DNA of 64,000 nt from Cetorhinus maximus. Taxonomy: Eukaryota. The translations under genes and the position numbers were made by a program. Positions 1 through 11,175 of this stretch are shown in pieces. Under the pieces are notes generated by a model. The model saw only the letters and a program-made list of their open reading frames with translations, searched no databases and had not been told where the DNA came from. Position 1 is the stretch's first letter, and each line of letters begins with the position of its first letter. The stretch covers positions 84,568,001 through 84,632,000 of the forward strand of contig NC_135895.1 in the NCBI RefSeq assembly GCF_964194155.1. Reading direction: 5' to 3'.

Positions 1-91
1 TCGGGAGTTCCGCCCGACATCATCCCAGGTCATTTTACGCATCGGCGAGTTGGCCCCGCCCCCCCCGCTCGCCGACCTCAATATCCTGGCC
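1..91. mobile_element. Right end of a Harbinger-type MITE
   Basis: GC-rich end (...cattttacgc...aatatcctggcc) resembling the right terminal inverted repeat (TIR) region at 6100-6172. Confidence 0.5.
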
Positions 92-1150
92 ATTATTTCA
101 TGATCTTCTGAGCCAAGATCACTTTTCACTACTGTACTAATCTCATCCCTTATTAAAAAGGCTACCCCATTCCTTTTCTTTTTGCTGATCCTTCCAAACT
201 GTCAAGTACCCTTGAGTATTCAGTTCCTAGCCTTGATCACCTTGCAACCACTGTAATGGCTTTGCAGTCATACCCATTTATTTCTATTTGTGCCACCAAT
301 TCATCTGTCTTGTTACAAATGCTGTGCACATTCAGGTAAAGAGCCTTTCATTTTGTCTTTTTACCATTGTTCCCTACTCTGACCCTTTTGGGTTGGTGCA
401 TTTCTGGTTGTACACTCAAACCTTCATGTTACACTCAGGTTATCATTACCTATATTTCTGCACTGCACTGTCGCCTTGTCCTTTCTCTTTACTCTTTCCC
501 TCATTTGAAACTTCCCTGCCCCCTCCCCTCCACACACACCACTCTATTTAGTTTAAAGCCCTTTTTTTGTAGCCCTAGTTATTCAGTTTACTGGGACACT
601 GGCCCCAGCATGGTTCAAGTGACGTCCATCCCAATGGAACAGACTCCTCTTTCCTCAATACTGGTGCTGGTACCCCATGAATTGAAACCCATATCTCCAC
701 ACCATCTTTGAGCCACATATTCAACTCTCTAACCTTATAGACCCTATACCGATTTCCTTGTAGCTCAGATAGTAATCCAGAGGTTATTACCTTTGGTTCT
801 GCTTTTTTATTTAGTCCTCGTACTCCCTCAGCAGAAGCTCCTTCTTTGTAACATAGTCTTATTGGTATCCACATGGGCCATGACATCTGGATCCTTCCCC
901 TCCCACTCCAATTTCCTCCCAGTGATGAGGAGATGCCTTTTACCCTGAAACCAGGCAGGCAACATAGCCTTTGGGATACATGCTTTTGGCTGCAGAGAAT
1001 AGTATCTATCTCCCTAACTAATTGTCCCCTAGCCTTACTCCATTCCTTTTTACAACCCCACCTTGAATTGCCCCTGTACCATGGTGCCCACCATTTCCAA
1101 CATGCTACAGCTGCAACACATCACCTGCACTGCCATCTGTATTGTATTTT
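92..1150 (-). mobile_element. Decayed CR1 LINE fragment (ORF1 esterase and ORF2 start)
   Basis: Minus-strand remnants of the esterase motifs (CCLPG, VDTNK, VITSGLL, LNMWLK) similar to ORF1 of the CR1 at 26000-26900. Confidence 0.7.
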
Positions 1151-1639
1151 ACTTGACTAAGTAGATTTTGAAATATCACTCAATTGTCTATTTATAGTTT
1201 TTAATCTAGTTAGTAACTTGTTTAATTTAGTTCTAAGCTTTAGCTCTTTACTATAGCTTAGCCCACAGTCCTAATTTATCCAATATTTATATGTCAAGCA
1301 GCAACTCTTATCCCACCTCATCAATTTCACACACTTGCCGAATTTCTTTATACTCTGGTGAAATCTGCACTCACGTGAAGCTGCTCTGTGCTGCAATAGA
1401 TACTATTCCCTGCAGCCAAAACTCTTGTTATTAATTCACTTACAGTTCTACCTGCCCTGAGTGAAATTTTTAATTTCCTGACTTAGTTTAAACCAATGCC
1501 CTAGTTCAGGGAGAAATAGAAGAAAAAAAGAGAATCAATCATTTACCTGCTTTCCTGTCATGTCACAATTTGATTGCTTTTCTCTGTTTTTTTTATTCAA
1601 AAGCCTCTCCTGCTGCTGCTCCCAACTAGCTTGGTATGG

Positions 1640-2218
1640 GGCTCAGGCTTATCCCATCCCCACCACCGCCACTCCTCCCTCCTCCACCACCAGTCTCCAT
1701 ATCCAACGTACCATTCTCCACCATTTCCGCCTTTGCCAGAATGATGTCACCACTGATACATCTTCCCTCCCTTTCAGCATTCTGAACATCTGCAACATCC
1801 TAGTCCCTCCTCAATCATCCCCAACACCTCTACACACCCACTTCCCGCAGTACATTGCCATGCAAGTACGGAAGATGCTATACCTCCCTTCTCACTGCCC
1901 AGGTTCTCAAACGCTCCTTCCAGGTGAAATAGCGATTTGCTTGCACTCCTTTCAATTTAGTATAATGTATTCGCTGCTCACAATACAGTCTCCTCTACAT
2001 TGGGAAAACCAAACATGGATTAGGTGGAATATCTCCATTCTGTCTGCAAATGTGATTCTAGTCACCTGCCATTTTAATTCTCTGCTCCACTCCCACTCTG
2101 ACCTCTCTGTCTTTGGCCTCCTACATTATCCAATGAGGCTCAACTTAAGCTCAAGACGCAGCACCTTATCTTTCGATTAACAGCCTTCCAGACTTAACAT
2201 TGAATTCCACATTTTCAG
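1640..2218 (+). mobile_element. Penelope-like element fragment (GIY-YIG endonuclease region), decayed
   Basis: Homologous to 23820-24480 (TSLHIQRTIL; tattcgctgctcacaa...ctctacattgggaaaaccaaa; cagccttccagacttaacattgaattc). Confidence 0.75.
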
Positions 2219-2844
2219 AACATAATCACTGCCAATATTTTTTTGTTTGTTTTTGGTTGGAAACTTTTGGTAGTGATTCTACATTTCCAAATAACACTTC
2301 CTGTAGACTCAACTTGTCTTGGTGCTCTAGGATTTTGGTCCCATTGTAATAAAAGCAAAAGAACAATAAACAGCCATCTAGCTCTCACCCCGCACACACC
2401 CTTGCCCCCCCATGCACTTGTCAAGCTCCCTCCATGGCAAGTCATCCCCCCTCCGCTCATCCTCCATGGCCCCCTAAGGCCTTCCATGCAAACTTATGCC
2501 CTTCCACCCATCGAAATGGCCCTTCACACTGTCCATGCCAACTTATGGAACTTCCATGCCAATTCACCCAGTATACACTTTGTATAGAACCAATGAGCCC
2601 TACAGTAACAATGGCATGCATGAAAAACCTTTAAAAATATTCATACATACATAACTTCCTACTTAAAAATAGTGCTTTTCCACAGGGTTATAAAAGTGTC
2701 AAGCATGTGGACCTTTAAAGTATCAGTAACAGAAACTACAAGCACTTGACACCTCTTTATCTTGTGTAAATAAACGTTGTGCAATTGACAGAATGGGTCT
2801 AAGAGAAAGAGCTGTCAATCAAGCAGTGTTTTTCCTGGGTTCTT

Positions 2845-3515
2845 TTTTTCATTTGCAGAATGTGGGTGTCGACGGTTAGGCCAGGATTTATTGCCCATCC
2901 CTAATTGAGCTTGAGAAGGTGGTGGTGAGCTGTCTTCTTGAACCACTTCAATCCCTGTGGCGTAAGTACACCCACAGTGCTATTAGGGAGCAAGTTCCAG
3001 GATTTTGACCCAGTGACAGTGAAGGAACAGCAATATATTTCCAAGTCAGGATGGTGAGTGGCTTGGAGGGGAACTTCCAGGTGGTGGTGTACCATATATC
3101 TGCTGCCCTTGTCCTTCTAGATGGTAGCAGTCGTGGGTTTGGAAGGTGCTGCCTAAGGACCCTTGGTGAGCTTCTGCAGTGCATCTTGTAGATGGTACAC
3201 ACTGCTTCCACTGTTCATCAGTGGTGGAGAGAGTGAATGTTTGTGGATAGGGTGCCAATCAAGCGGGCTGCTTTGTCCTGGATGGTGTCAAGCTTCTTGA
3301 CTGTTGTTAGAGCTGCATCGATCCAGGCAAGTGGGGAGTATTCCATCACACTCCTGACTTATGCCTTGTAGATGGTGGGTAGGCTTTGGGGAGTCAGGAG
3401 GTGAGTTACTTGTGCAGGATTCCTAGACTCTGACCTGCTCTTGTAGCCACAGTATTTATACGGCTAGTCCAGTTCAGTTTCTGGTCAATGGTAACCCTCA
3501 GGATGTTGATAGTGC
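2845..3515 (-). mobile_element. 3' fragment of CR1/L2-group LINE (family B)
   Basis: Reverse complement of the 3' end of 40313-43405 (SKSWNLLPNSTVGV...HHHLLK; tail ...attagggatgggcaataaa). Confidence 0.85.
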
Positions 3516-3924
3516 AGCTGTTTCAAAAGTCTAATGGATGTCTGGACTCTCAGCCAAGAATACATAACGAAGCTTGTTATAGGGGGCATGAGGTGCCATG
3601 GCAGTGGGTGGAGGGCATAGTCATGGCATGGAGAGGGGTGGTATGAGGAGGACCTTTTGCACTTGCCTTTCAAGAGCTTCCCTCATGCAGACTATCGTTC
3701 ATGAAATCTCTGAGGTGCCGTGAACCACGACTCTTTGAAAAGCTGGCCTGACTCAATGAAAATTGCAGAGATCTAGGACATTCCTATCCCCGCAATGGAG
3801 CTGGCCAGGTCGGGAGTGCCGACTTTTCTGCAGAAGAAATGTTCACTCTGTTTCTCTCTCCACAGGTGCTGCCAGAACCTGCTGAGTATTTCCAGCATTT
3901 CTTATTTTTATTTTTGATTTTAAC

Positions 3925-5050
3925 AAATCCGTGCTGGCTTTCTTCAAGTAATCCACACTCGCACAAGTAATTTTTACTTTTGTTCGGATTATTGTTTCTA
4001 AAAGCATTCCCACCACTGAGGTTGAGTTGACTGGCCTGTAGTTGCTGGGGTTATCCTTACACCCTTTCTTGAAAAGGGATGTATTGTGATTCTCCAGTCC
4101 TTTGGCATCAGCCCTGTATCGAAGGAGGATTTGAAGATTATGGCCTGTGCCTCTGCAATTTTCTCTCTAACTTCCCTCATTATCCTCAGTGCCCTATCCA
4201 GTCCTGGTGGCTCATTAACTTTAAGTACTGCTTGCCTTTCTAATGCCTCCTCTTTATCAGTTTTCAGCCCGTTCAATGTCTCAACTACTTCCTTCTTCAC
4301 TATGACTTCAGTGGCATCTTTTCCCTTGGTAAAGAGAAATACAAAATACTCATTTAGTATCTTGACCATACACTCTGCCTTCATGCAGAAATTCCCTTTT
4401 TGTTTCCTAATGGGCCCCACTCCTGCTTTCATCACCTTTTTATATGCCTATAGAAGATTTTTGGATCCCCTTTTATGTTAGCTGCCAGTTTCCTCTCGTA
4501 CTCTTTCTTTGCTCTCTTATTTCCTTTTTCACTTTCCCTTTGAATTTTCTATATTCAGCCTGCTTCTTGTATTATCAACTTACTCTCTATCTCTTTCATC
4601 ATCCAGGGAGCTCTGGTTTCTTTGTCCTACATTTCCCTTTCTTGGGAATGTACCCAAATCATCTCCTCTTTAAAGATAGCCAATTGTTCCATTACAGTTT
4701 TGCCTGCCGAACTTTGATTCTAAGTTACTTGGGTTAGACCTGTTTTCACTTCCTGAAGTTGACCCTCCTCCAGTATTTTTTACTTTAGATTGCTCCTTGT
4801 CCTTTTCTATAGCTAACCTAACCCTTATGATACTATGGTCACTATTCCCTCCATGTTCCCCTACTGATGCTTGATCCACTTGACGCATGTCATTCCAAGG
4901 GCTGGCTCCAGTATGCCTTGTTCTTTGATGGACCAGGAACATACTTATCAAGAAAATTCTCTTGAACACAATTCAAAAATTATTCCCTCTCTCTGCCCTT
5001 TACACTATTACTATCATTATTTATATTAGAACAATTAAAGTTCTTTAAAT
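3925..5050 (-). mobile_element. Decayed CR1 ORF2 fragment
   Basis: Minus ORFs contain ILNEYF, LKV..PPG.D, P.DWR, SQHGFVK and NSDHSII. Confidence 0.8.
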
Positions 5051-5489
5051 CTGTTACATCTTTAACTTTTTCCAGGACTGATGAAAAGTCATTGATCTGA
5101 AATTTTAACTCTGCTTCTCCCTCCGCAGCTGCTGCTTGACCTGCTGAATATTTACAACATTTTATATTTTTATTTCATTCAGTTTCTCACTGTAGCATCA
5201 TCAGAGATACCTCACTTCCTCATTGTAACAAACTCTAATGTACCTACTCTCTCTTGCTGACACTCTTTAATATATCATTCCTTCTCAAATGTTATAATTT
5301 CACACTTTCTGATACACCATAGACACATGATCATATACGCCACCATGCTCACAAAACCTTTTATTTAGACACGTACAGATTCCTCACTGTAACACACTGC
5401 AGAGCCCTCACTACATTTTTCTCTGATGTTTTAAGCATATTTCTATGTAACACTTTCTGCAAGTAATGCCACACCCCTGAGAACCCCTT

Positions 5490-6172
5490 GGGTAGGAATT
5501 TTAGGTTGGTGTGCGGATGTGATCAACGGGACCGGGAGCGGCTGGGGAACGGACTGTCGTCTGCGATCGGCCCCCGAATGCAATTCCAATTAACGGCCAG
5601 CTAGCGTGAAGCACGCGCTGAAATGCTCAGTGCTGCCGGGGTGGGGGTGGGAGAAGGGCAGGCACTGACATAAGTGCGAGTGCGGGCGAGCACTGAATGA
5701 AAGCTCCCTATAGGCAGAGAACCACCTCAGGGAGCTGAAGACTTCAAAACAATTAAATAAAGATTTTAAATTCACAAGAAAAATGTCCAAGCATCACAAT
5801 CAGTCACCTGAACATATACATGTTAAAAATTCTGTCCATAGAGTTTTATGTTTTTAAATTTTATAACGGAATCCTCATCCCGCCCTTGGATGAAGTTTCA
5901 TCAAAAATGCAAAGTCCGCCTGGCAGATTCGTCCGTCTGCCAATTGTAAGGTTAGACGGACCATGAAAAATAGGGGGCAAATGGAACTTTAACAGCTTTA
6001 ATTGTCTTCTTAAATGTTGGTGGGCGAGCTTCTGACACCGTCACACATCCACCGACCGAAATATTGAATGAGCGCGGGATGATGTTGGGACGCTCGCCCG
6101 ACGTCATCTCGTGTGATTTTGCGTCCAATCAGGTCAGGCACGCGCCCGCACACCACCCTAAAAATTCTGCCC
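5490..6172. mobile_element. Non-autonomous DNA transposon (Harbinger-type MITE)
   Basis: TIRs of ~28 bp: gggtaggaattttaggttggtgtgcgg ... ccgcacaccaccctaaaaattctgccc. Non-coding interior. Confidence 0.75.
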
Positions 6173-6645
6173 ATTGAATCCACAGCACAGGTGGGAGGAG
6201 GGGGAGAATAAGCGGGCATCATTTGGCCCACTGTGCCTGTGCTGATTCTTTGAAAGAGCTTTCTAATTAATCCCACTCACCTGTTTTTTCTCCACAGCCT
6301 TGTTAACTTTCCTTTTCAAATATTTATCTAATTCGTTTTGAAAGTTACTGTTGATTCTACTTCCATCACCCTTTCAGAAAATGCATTCCAGAACATTATA
6401 AATTGCTGTGTAAAAATAATCTCCCTTGTATTTTGTTTGCCAATTGCATTAAATTGATGTCCTCTGTTTAGCAATCCTTGAGCCCTGCCACTGGAAGCAG
6501 TTTATCCTTATTTACGTTATCGAAATCCTTCATAATTTGGAAAATCTCTATCAGACTTGCTCTTAATCTTCTTTGCTCTAAGGCAAACAATCCCAATTTC
6601 CTACTCTCTCCATATAACTGAAGCCTCTCATACTGACATGCCTGG

Positions 6646-6861
6646 TGTTACTTGTATATTAATTGTGTTTAATTATATGCAGGTGGAAGGCATTAATTGG
6701 AGTTTTACTTAAGCACATATAAAGAGACACTTAGTGAAACTGTGGTTTGGTTGAGTTAGGAGATACGTGCTTGTAATGTTTCACTCTGTAAATAAATACA
6801 AGAATAAGAAAAGATTGGCTCCAGTATCATCCTTCACCAAGTAGCTTTCTGGAATATAATA
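6646..6861 (+). mobile_element. Solo LTR
   Basis: TGTTA...TAATA ends, internal TATAAA and AATAAA, flanked by cctgg/cttgg (5-bp TSD, one mismatch). Confidence 0.65.
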
Positions 6862-7417
6862 CTTGGGGCCTACTGCAAATACAGTACTGTCCTAGCTTCT
6901 CAAGAGTCAGATAACTAAACTATCATTTCCAGAATGGAGTGCAATGTGGGCTGCTTACTCATCGTTTAGACAGTGAAACTTTTCTGAGTAGCTCAGTGCA
7001 GTCTGTCAATTAATGAGGCTTAACCTCCTCTGATTCAATTTGTCAAGCCGCAAGGAAATGAGCTGTTAGAAGTGGAATGGTAGAATGTTCATCCACCTTC
7101 AGGCATGAAGGCAATTTATGCAACACGTGTGGCTCATTGCAGCAGCACATGGAGGAGCAATGATTTATGCTGTCAATGATCTGTTGCTGGAGCTACTTTA
7201 GAACATTCATGCAGCACTTAGAAATCCATTGCTAAATTCATTCAGTCACATAACTGGCAATAAAAGAGCTGCAATAGTACAAGTTTAAAAATAAGTTCCA
7301 GCTCCCTGAAGGCTCACTTGGCAGATGCATTGGCTGGTGTGCAACTGTGTCCTACAGACTAGGAGAGGCCTAACTTCAACACCTGACAGTTCTTGGCTTG
7401 GGTGGTGGTGTTAGTGG

Positions 7418-7815
7418 GAAAGAAATAACTTGCATTTATATGGCACTTTGGCTGTGAAGCATCTGGGGATGTGCAATGAAGTGCTTTTGAAGTGTTGCCT
7501 CTGTTGCATTTAGAGAAACATGGCATCAAGTCTGCACACAGCAAGTTTCCATAGACAGCGATAAGTGACCAGGTTGAGGGCTAAGAGTTGAATGGGCCAT
7601 TGAGAGAAAGCTCCTGCTCACTGTATGGTGCTCTGGCTTCTTTTACATTCATGAAAGTGAGAAAATGGGACCTTAGTTTAACACCTCAGTAAGGCACTCT
7701 CTGAGTATTGTAGTGAATTATTAGCCTAGATTTTGTGCACAAGTCTCTGAAGTGGGACTTGAACCCACGGCCTTCTGACTAAGAAGTAAGAATACTAACA
7801 CTGAGCCATGGCTGA
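7418..7815 (-). mobile_element. tRNA-derived SINE (DeuSINE/SacSINE1-like)
   Basis: Minus-strand A box TGGCTCAGTG and B box GGTTCAAGTCC at the right end; tail ataaatgcaag. Related fragments at ~11995-12240 and ~30465-31100. Confidence 0.65.
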
Positions 7816-9022
7816 TACAAACTACAACTGGCTTTTGCATCCCGGACTATGAAAGGGGATAAAAACAACTAGGATTTCTTCTCTTTGTCATTCTTGCTGG
7901 AGTGTTTGCATGCATGGACATTGGGCATGGACAGGGTCAGTTGTATTTTGTGTAAGTTATTTGTTTCCATATAGCAATTCCAAAGAGCAAAAAGAGTAAA
8001 TCAGAAATGCCAGCAATTGTACTGGTGTCACTATTAAAGATGTTTAGAATGTAAGGGATGAATTTGTGGGGTACGCATTCCCTTTAAATATGTTGGGCAC
8101 ATGTTGGTGCTCCCATGTGTCGTATCATCATATGGAGGATGTGCAGTTCTATCCACAGCTTCCTCTTCTTCTGTAGTTATTTAGGTCCCAGCTCCAGGCA
8201 GAGATGTATGTCATCCATTCCAGTTTACTATTTTGCTATTCTCTTTCCATTTGCTATTTTGACCACATAAGTTACAGTGTAGAGTATTGCTGCCTTCCAG
8301 GATTGTATTAGACAATCTATTGAGTTTATTGCATGAAAATAGAAGCCTAGGACCAGATTACTCATGTCCTCTTGATCAAGTTAAAGCTGTGACCCAGGGA
8401 GAAATTAGTTCTTTCAAAGAATGAAGAGGAGACAATCTAGAATCTGTGTTAAGCCTCTTTATCATTGTGAAGGAAACCAGTTTTGCATCAGAGAGGCTTT
8501 AATGGTCTTCTAAAGGTATCCATAGGCTCAGACTCATGCCTGAAGAGTCTGCTCACTGGAGAATGCCACTTTCCCACAAGAGCTGACTAGCACAACAATC
8601 AAAGCTCACCTGGAAGCTAACATCTAGATAAAACATCCGTAGGAAGGGAGCGGATAATTTATGGTCTGTGTGGCCGTAGGAAGTAGAAGTTTGTGTAAAG
8701 ATTGTAGGTTCTGTTTTTCTGGAAGTCAACACCCTGAGAATGGAGAGGATAAATCTGGTGAGGAGAAAATAGACAAATTATAGTATAATAAGACAATACT
8801 TAATATAACAGATGTTGCAGTTAGAAGCCCTCAGTCATCAACCAGTTCATTAGGACTAATTGGATCTGTACACTTGAGTTTGATGTTAATCAAGGTTGAG
8901 TCAAACTTGCTATTTACTGGAAGTCTTTCTTTCATCAAAGGTGAAGGGGATATAATGAACACTGCATGTTTTTCACTCAGGTTGTCCTTCCTCTTTCATG
9001 TGCTTGTCTTATCGCATTCCAG

Positions 9023-9236
9023 GTGCTCATCAGCTGAACTGCCAGAGGAACCCACTGATCATAAATGTCACTTACAACCACAGCATCCCCTTCTTTAAGA
9101 CGGCATCAATGCTGCTGAACTTGTCTTCGCCATTAATAGCTATCTCTGGGGTAGCTCTGCGCACATACAGTCTTTTCAATCCTCTCGCCATGTCCAACTG
9201 TGTAGAGCAAGAGAGATACAAGAAACACAAGCACAG
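9023..9236 (+). CDS. PAPPA2: Pappalysin-2 internal coding exon, region before CCP1 (phase 1 to 2)
   Basis: Acceptor ttccag|GT at 9022/9023 and donor CACAG|gtac at 9236. Encodes GAHQLNCQRNPLIINVTYNHSIPFFKTASMLLNLSSPLIAISGVALRTYSLFNPLAMSNC..., matching my recollection of human PAPPA2 (LSCQHNPLIINV...TSVLLNFSSP...ALRT...SNC). Confidence 0.92.
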
Positions 9237-10070
9237 GTACTACTTCTATACTCCTAGCCACAATTCTTTATGGTTGATCCATTTTTAATAATCTACAAGA
9301 TGAAGACTTGTTAGCTAATGGAGCACTTTGGGCACCTTGTGACAGCATCAAGTCTTTTCAAGTTAGGCATAGCAAGGGTTGGATGCAAAATAATACTCCA
9401 CTACCCTGCTGCAATAAGTATCTAAAGAAGTCCCAAGAAATGTCATGTTTCCTCATTTCTCAAATCAGCCAAAAATAGTTCTGCATTAAAAGCATTTTTC
9501 TGTGGCCTCTGCTCCTTCTAAGAAACTGGATGGAAACTACCCAAGCCCAAACTATATAGACCCTTACAGCCATCAGATAGAGAAGACTGTCATCCCCTCA
9601 TCCTGGGCTGGATTTAAACCTAGATCCAAAAATTAAAGCCCAGTATCTAAGACCTCACCACAGACTCAATTGTTAAAATACAAACTGACACAGAGTTCAT
9701 TTAATCTGTCCTTTTCTTTAGCTAGCAGCTTAAATAAGTGTAATCTGCCAGAAGTGAGTGGCTTCCTATCTGATCCAAATCAATTAGTGGAGACCCCATT
9801 TTATCATCAGAATCAGGATGCAGCTTAACGCAATCTTTCCATTTAATCTTTGGATAACAAATTTGAGGCCAACACCAGCAAAGTGTTGAGTACTTTGCAT
9901 TCACTAGCCCTCCAAAGCAGTAAACCAAACTTATTTCCTTTACCTCTAGTTGTGTTTGATAATCAAGTTTCACCATTCATTGAATGAACCAGGTAGCAAC
10001 AATCTACCTTGTATACTCTCAGCTTTAACCCTTTAACCCAATTAACCCTTACACATCATTTCTGTTACAG

Positions 10071-10236
10071 CTGTGTGCAATGTTCCTATGGTCAAAACCA
10101 GTGTGAAACATTGTCGGTGATTCATGCGACCGTAAACTGCACTGTGGGCAATAGCGTGCAAGTGGACTGCCATGTCACCTGCGCAAAAGGATTGTCTTTG
10201 AAAACCGTATGTGGCAAACACCTTGTTCCTCTTCAG
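10071..10236 (+). CDS. PAPPA2: Pappalysin-2 coding exon, start of sushi/CCP1 (phase 2 to 0)
   Basis: Acceptor tgttacag|C and donor CTTCAG|gtatgt. AG+C completes a Ser codon from the previous exon. Encodes CVQCSYGQNQCETLSVIHATVNCTVGNSVQVDCHVTCAKGLSLKTVCGKHLVPLQ. Confidence 0.9.
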
Positions 10237-10729
10237 GTATGTATTATATAAGCTCTGTCAAAAGGAATCATGATTTGGTTGTTAAGGGATGGAGGAAGAC
10301 AGCGTGACCTTAAATTTGGGGTAAGATGCCATCCTGAGGGTTAGAACCCGAAGCAATACCAAATAAGAGGGCCCAGCTGTTTAAATCTAGCCGAATCATG
10401 GTAGGCAATGATCACTTGGCTAAATAAGTATACACACTCTAGAACACCTCCCCTAATGCCTTTCAGCATCTGTTTTCCCAAGTCTTAAGGTTTTACAATG
10501 CTATAAAAGGAGGTATGTAGGGCAGCTTGTGTTATGCGGCCATCTTAATGGTCTAAGCTGCCAAGTCCAATGCAACTTATTCATCACCAACTGCATAGTC
10601 CAGGTTTTAGCAAAGAGACATGCCACCCATTAGCCTGGCTTGCCATCCAAGTCACTGACAGTTCACTGGACACTAGAGCTGCCCCTGTCCACAGATGCTT
10701 TGTCCTTGATCTTGTAGCCTCAAATAGGG

Positions 10730-11175
10730 TGTAGGGGAGGTTTTGTTCCAAGGATGAGGGATTTTAGCTAGAGATTTTAGTTGGAGGAGCTGGAGTTGTT
10801 CTCTTTCGTGCAAAGGAGATTGAAGGGAGATTTGATACAGGTGTGATCAGTTTAGATCAGGTAGATAAAGAAGAGGTGTTCCCATTAGCTGGTACAAGGA
10901 CTAGGGGGCACAGAGATGCGTGGTTGGGAGGGGGGAGGGTGGTAGCGAGGTGGCAGGGTGGTGTGTGAAAGAATTTTCTTACTGTTTTTACGCGGAGTGT
11001 TAATGACCTGGAATGCACTGCCTATGTGGAAGTAGTGATGATGTATGATTTGAAAAGGAAATTGGATGGATGGGGATAGAGTGGATGAATGAGACTGACT
11101 AGATTGCTCTAGAGGGATAGCATGGACTAGATGGGCCGAATGACCTTCTTTTGTGCTGTAATGGCTTTATGACTC
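10730..11175 (+). mobile_element. CR1 3' end fragment
   Basis: gattgaagggagatttgata... and tail gatgggccgaatgaccttcttttgtgctgta. Confidence 0.7.

Noticed and set aside
1-9022. Upstream PAPPA2 exon
   Set aside because: No pappalysin-like peptide recognised in the ORF track or by reading the sequence.
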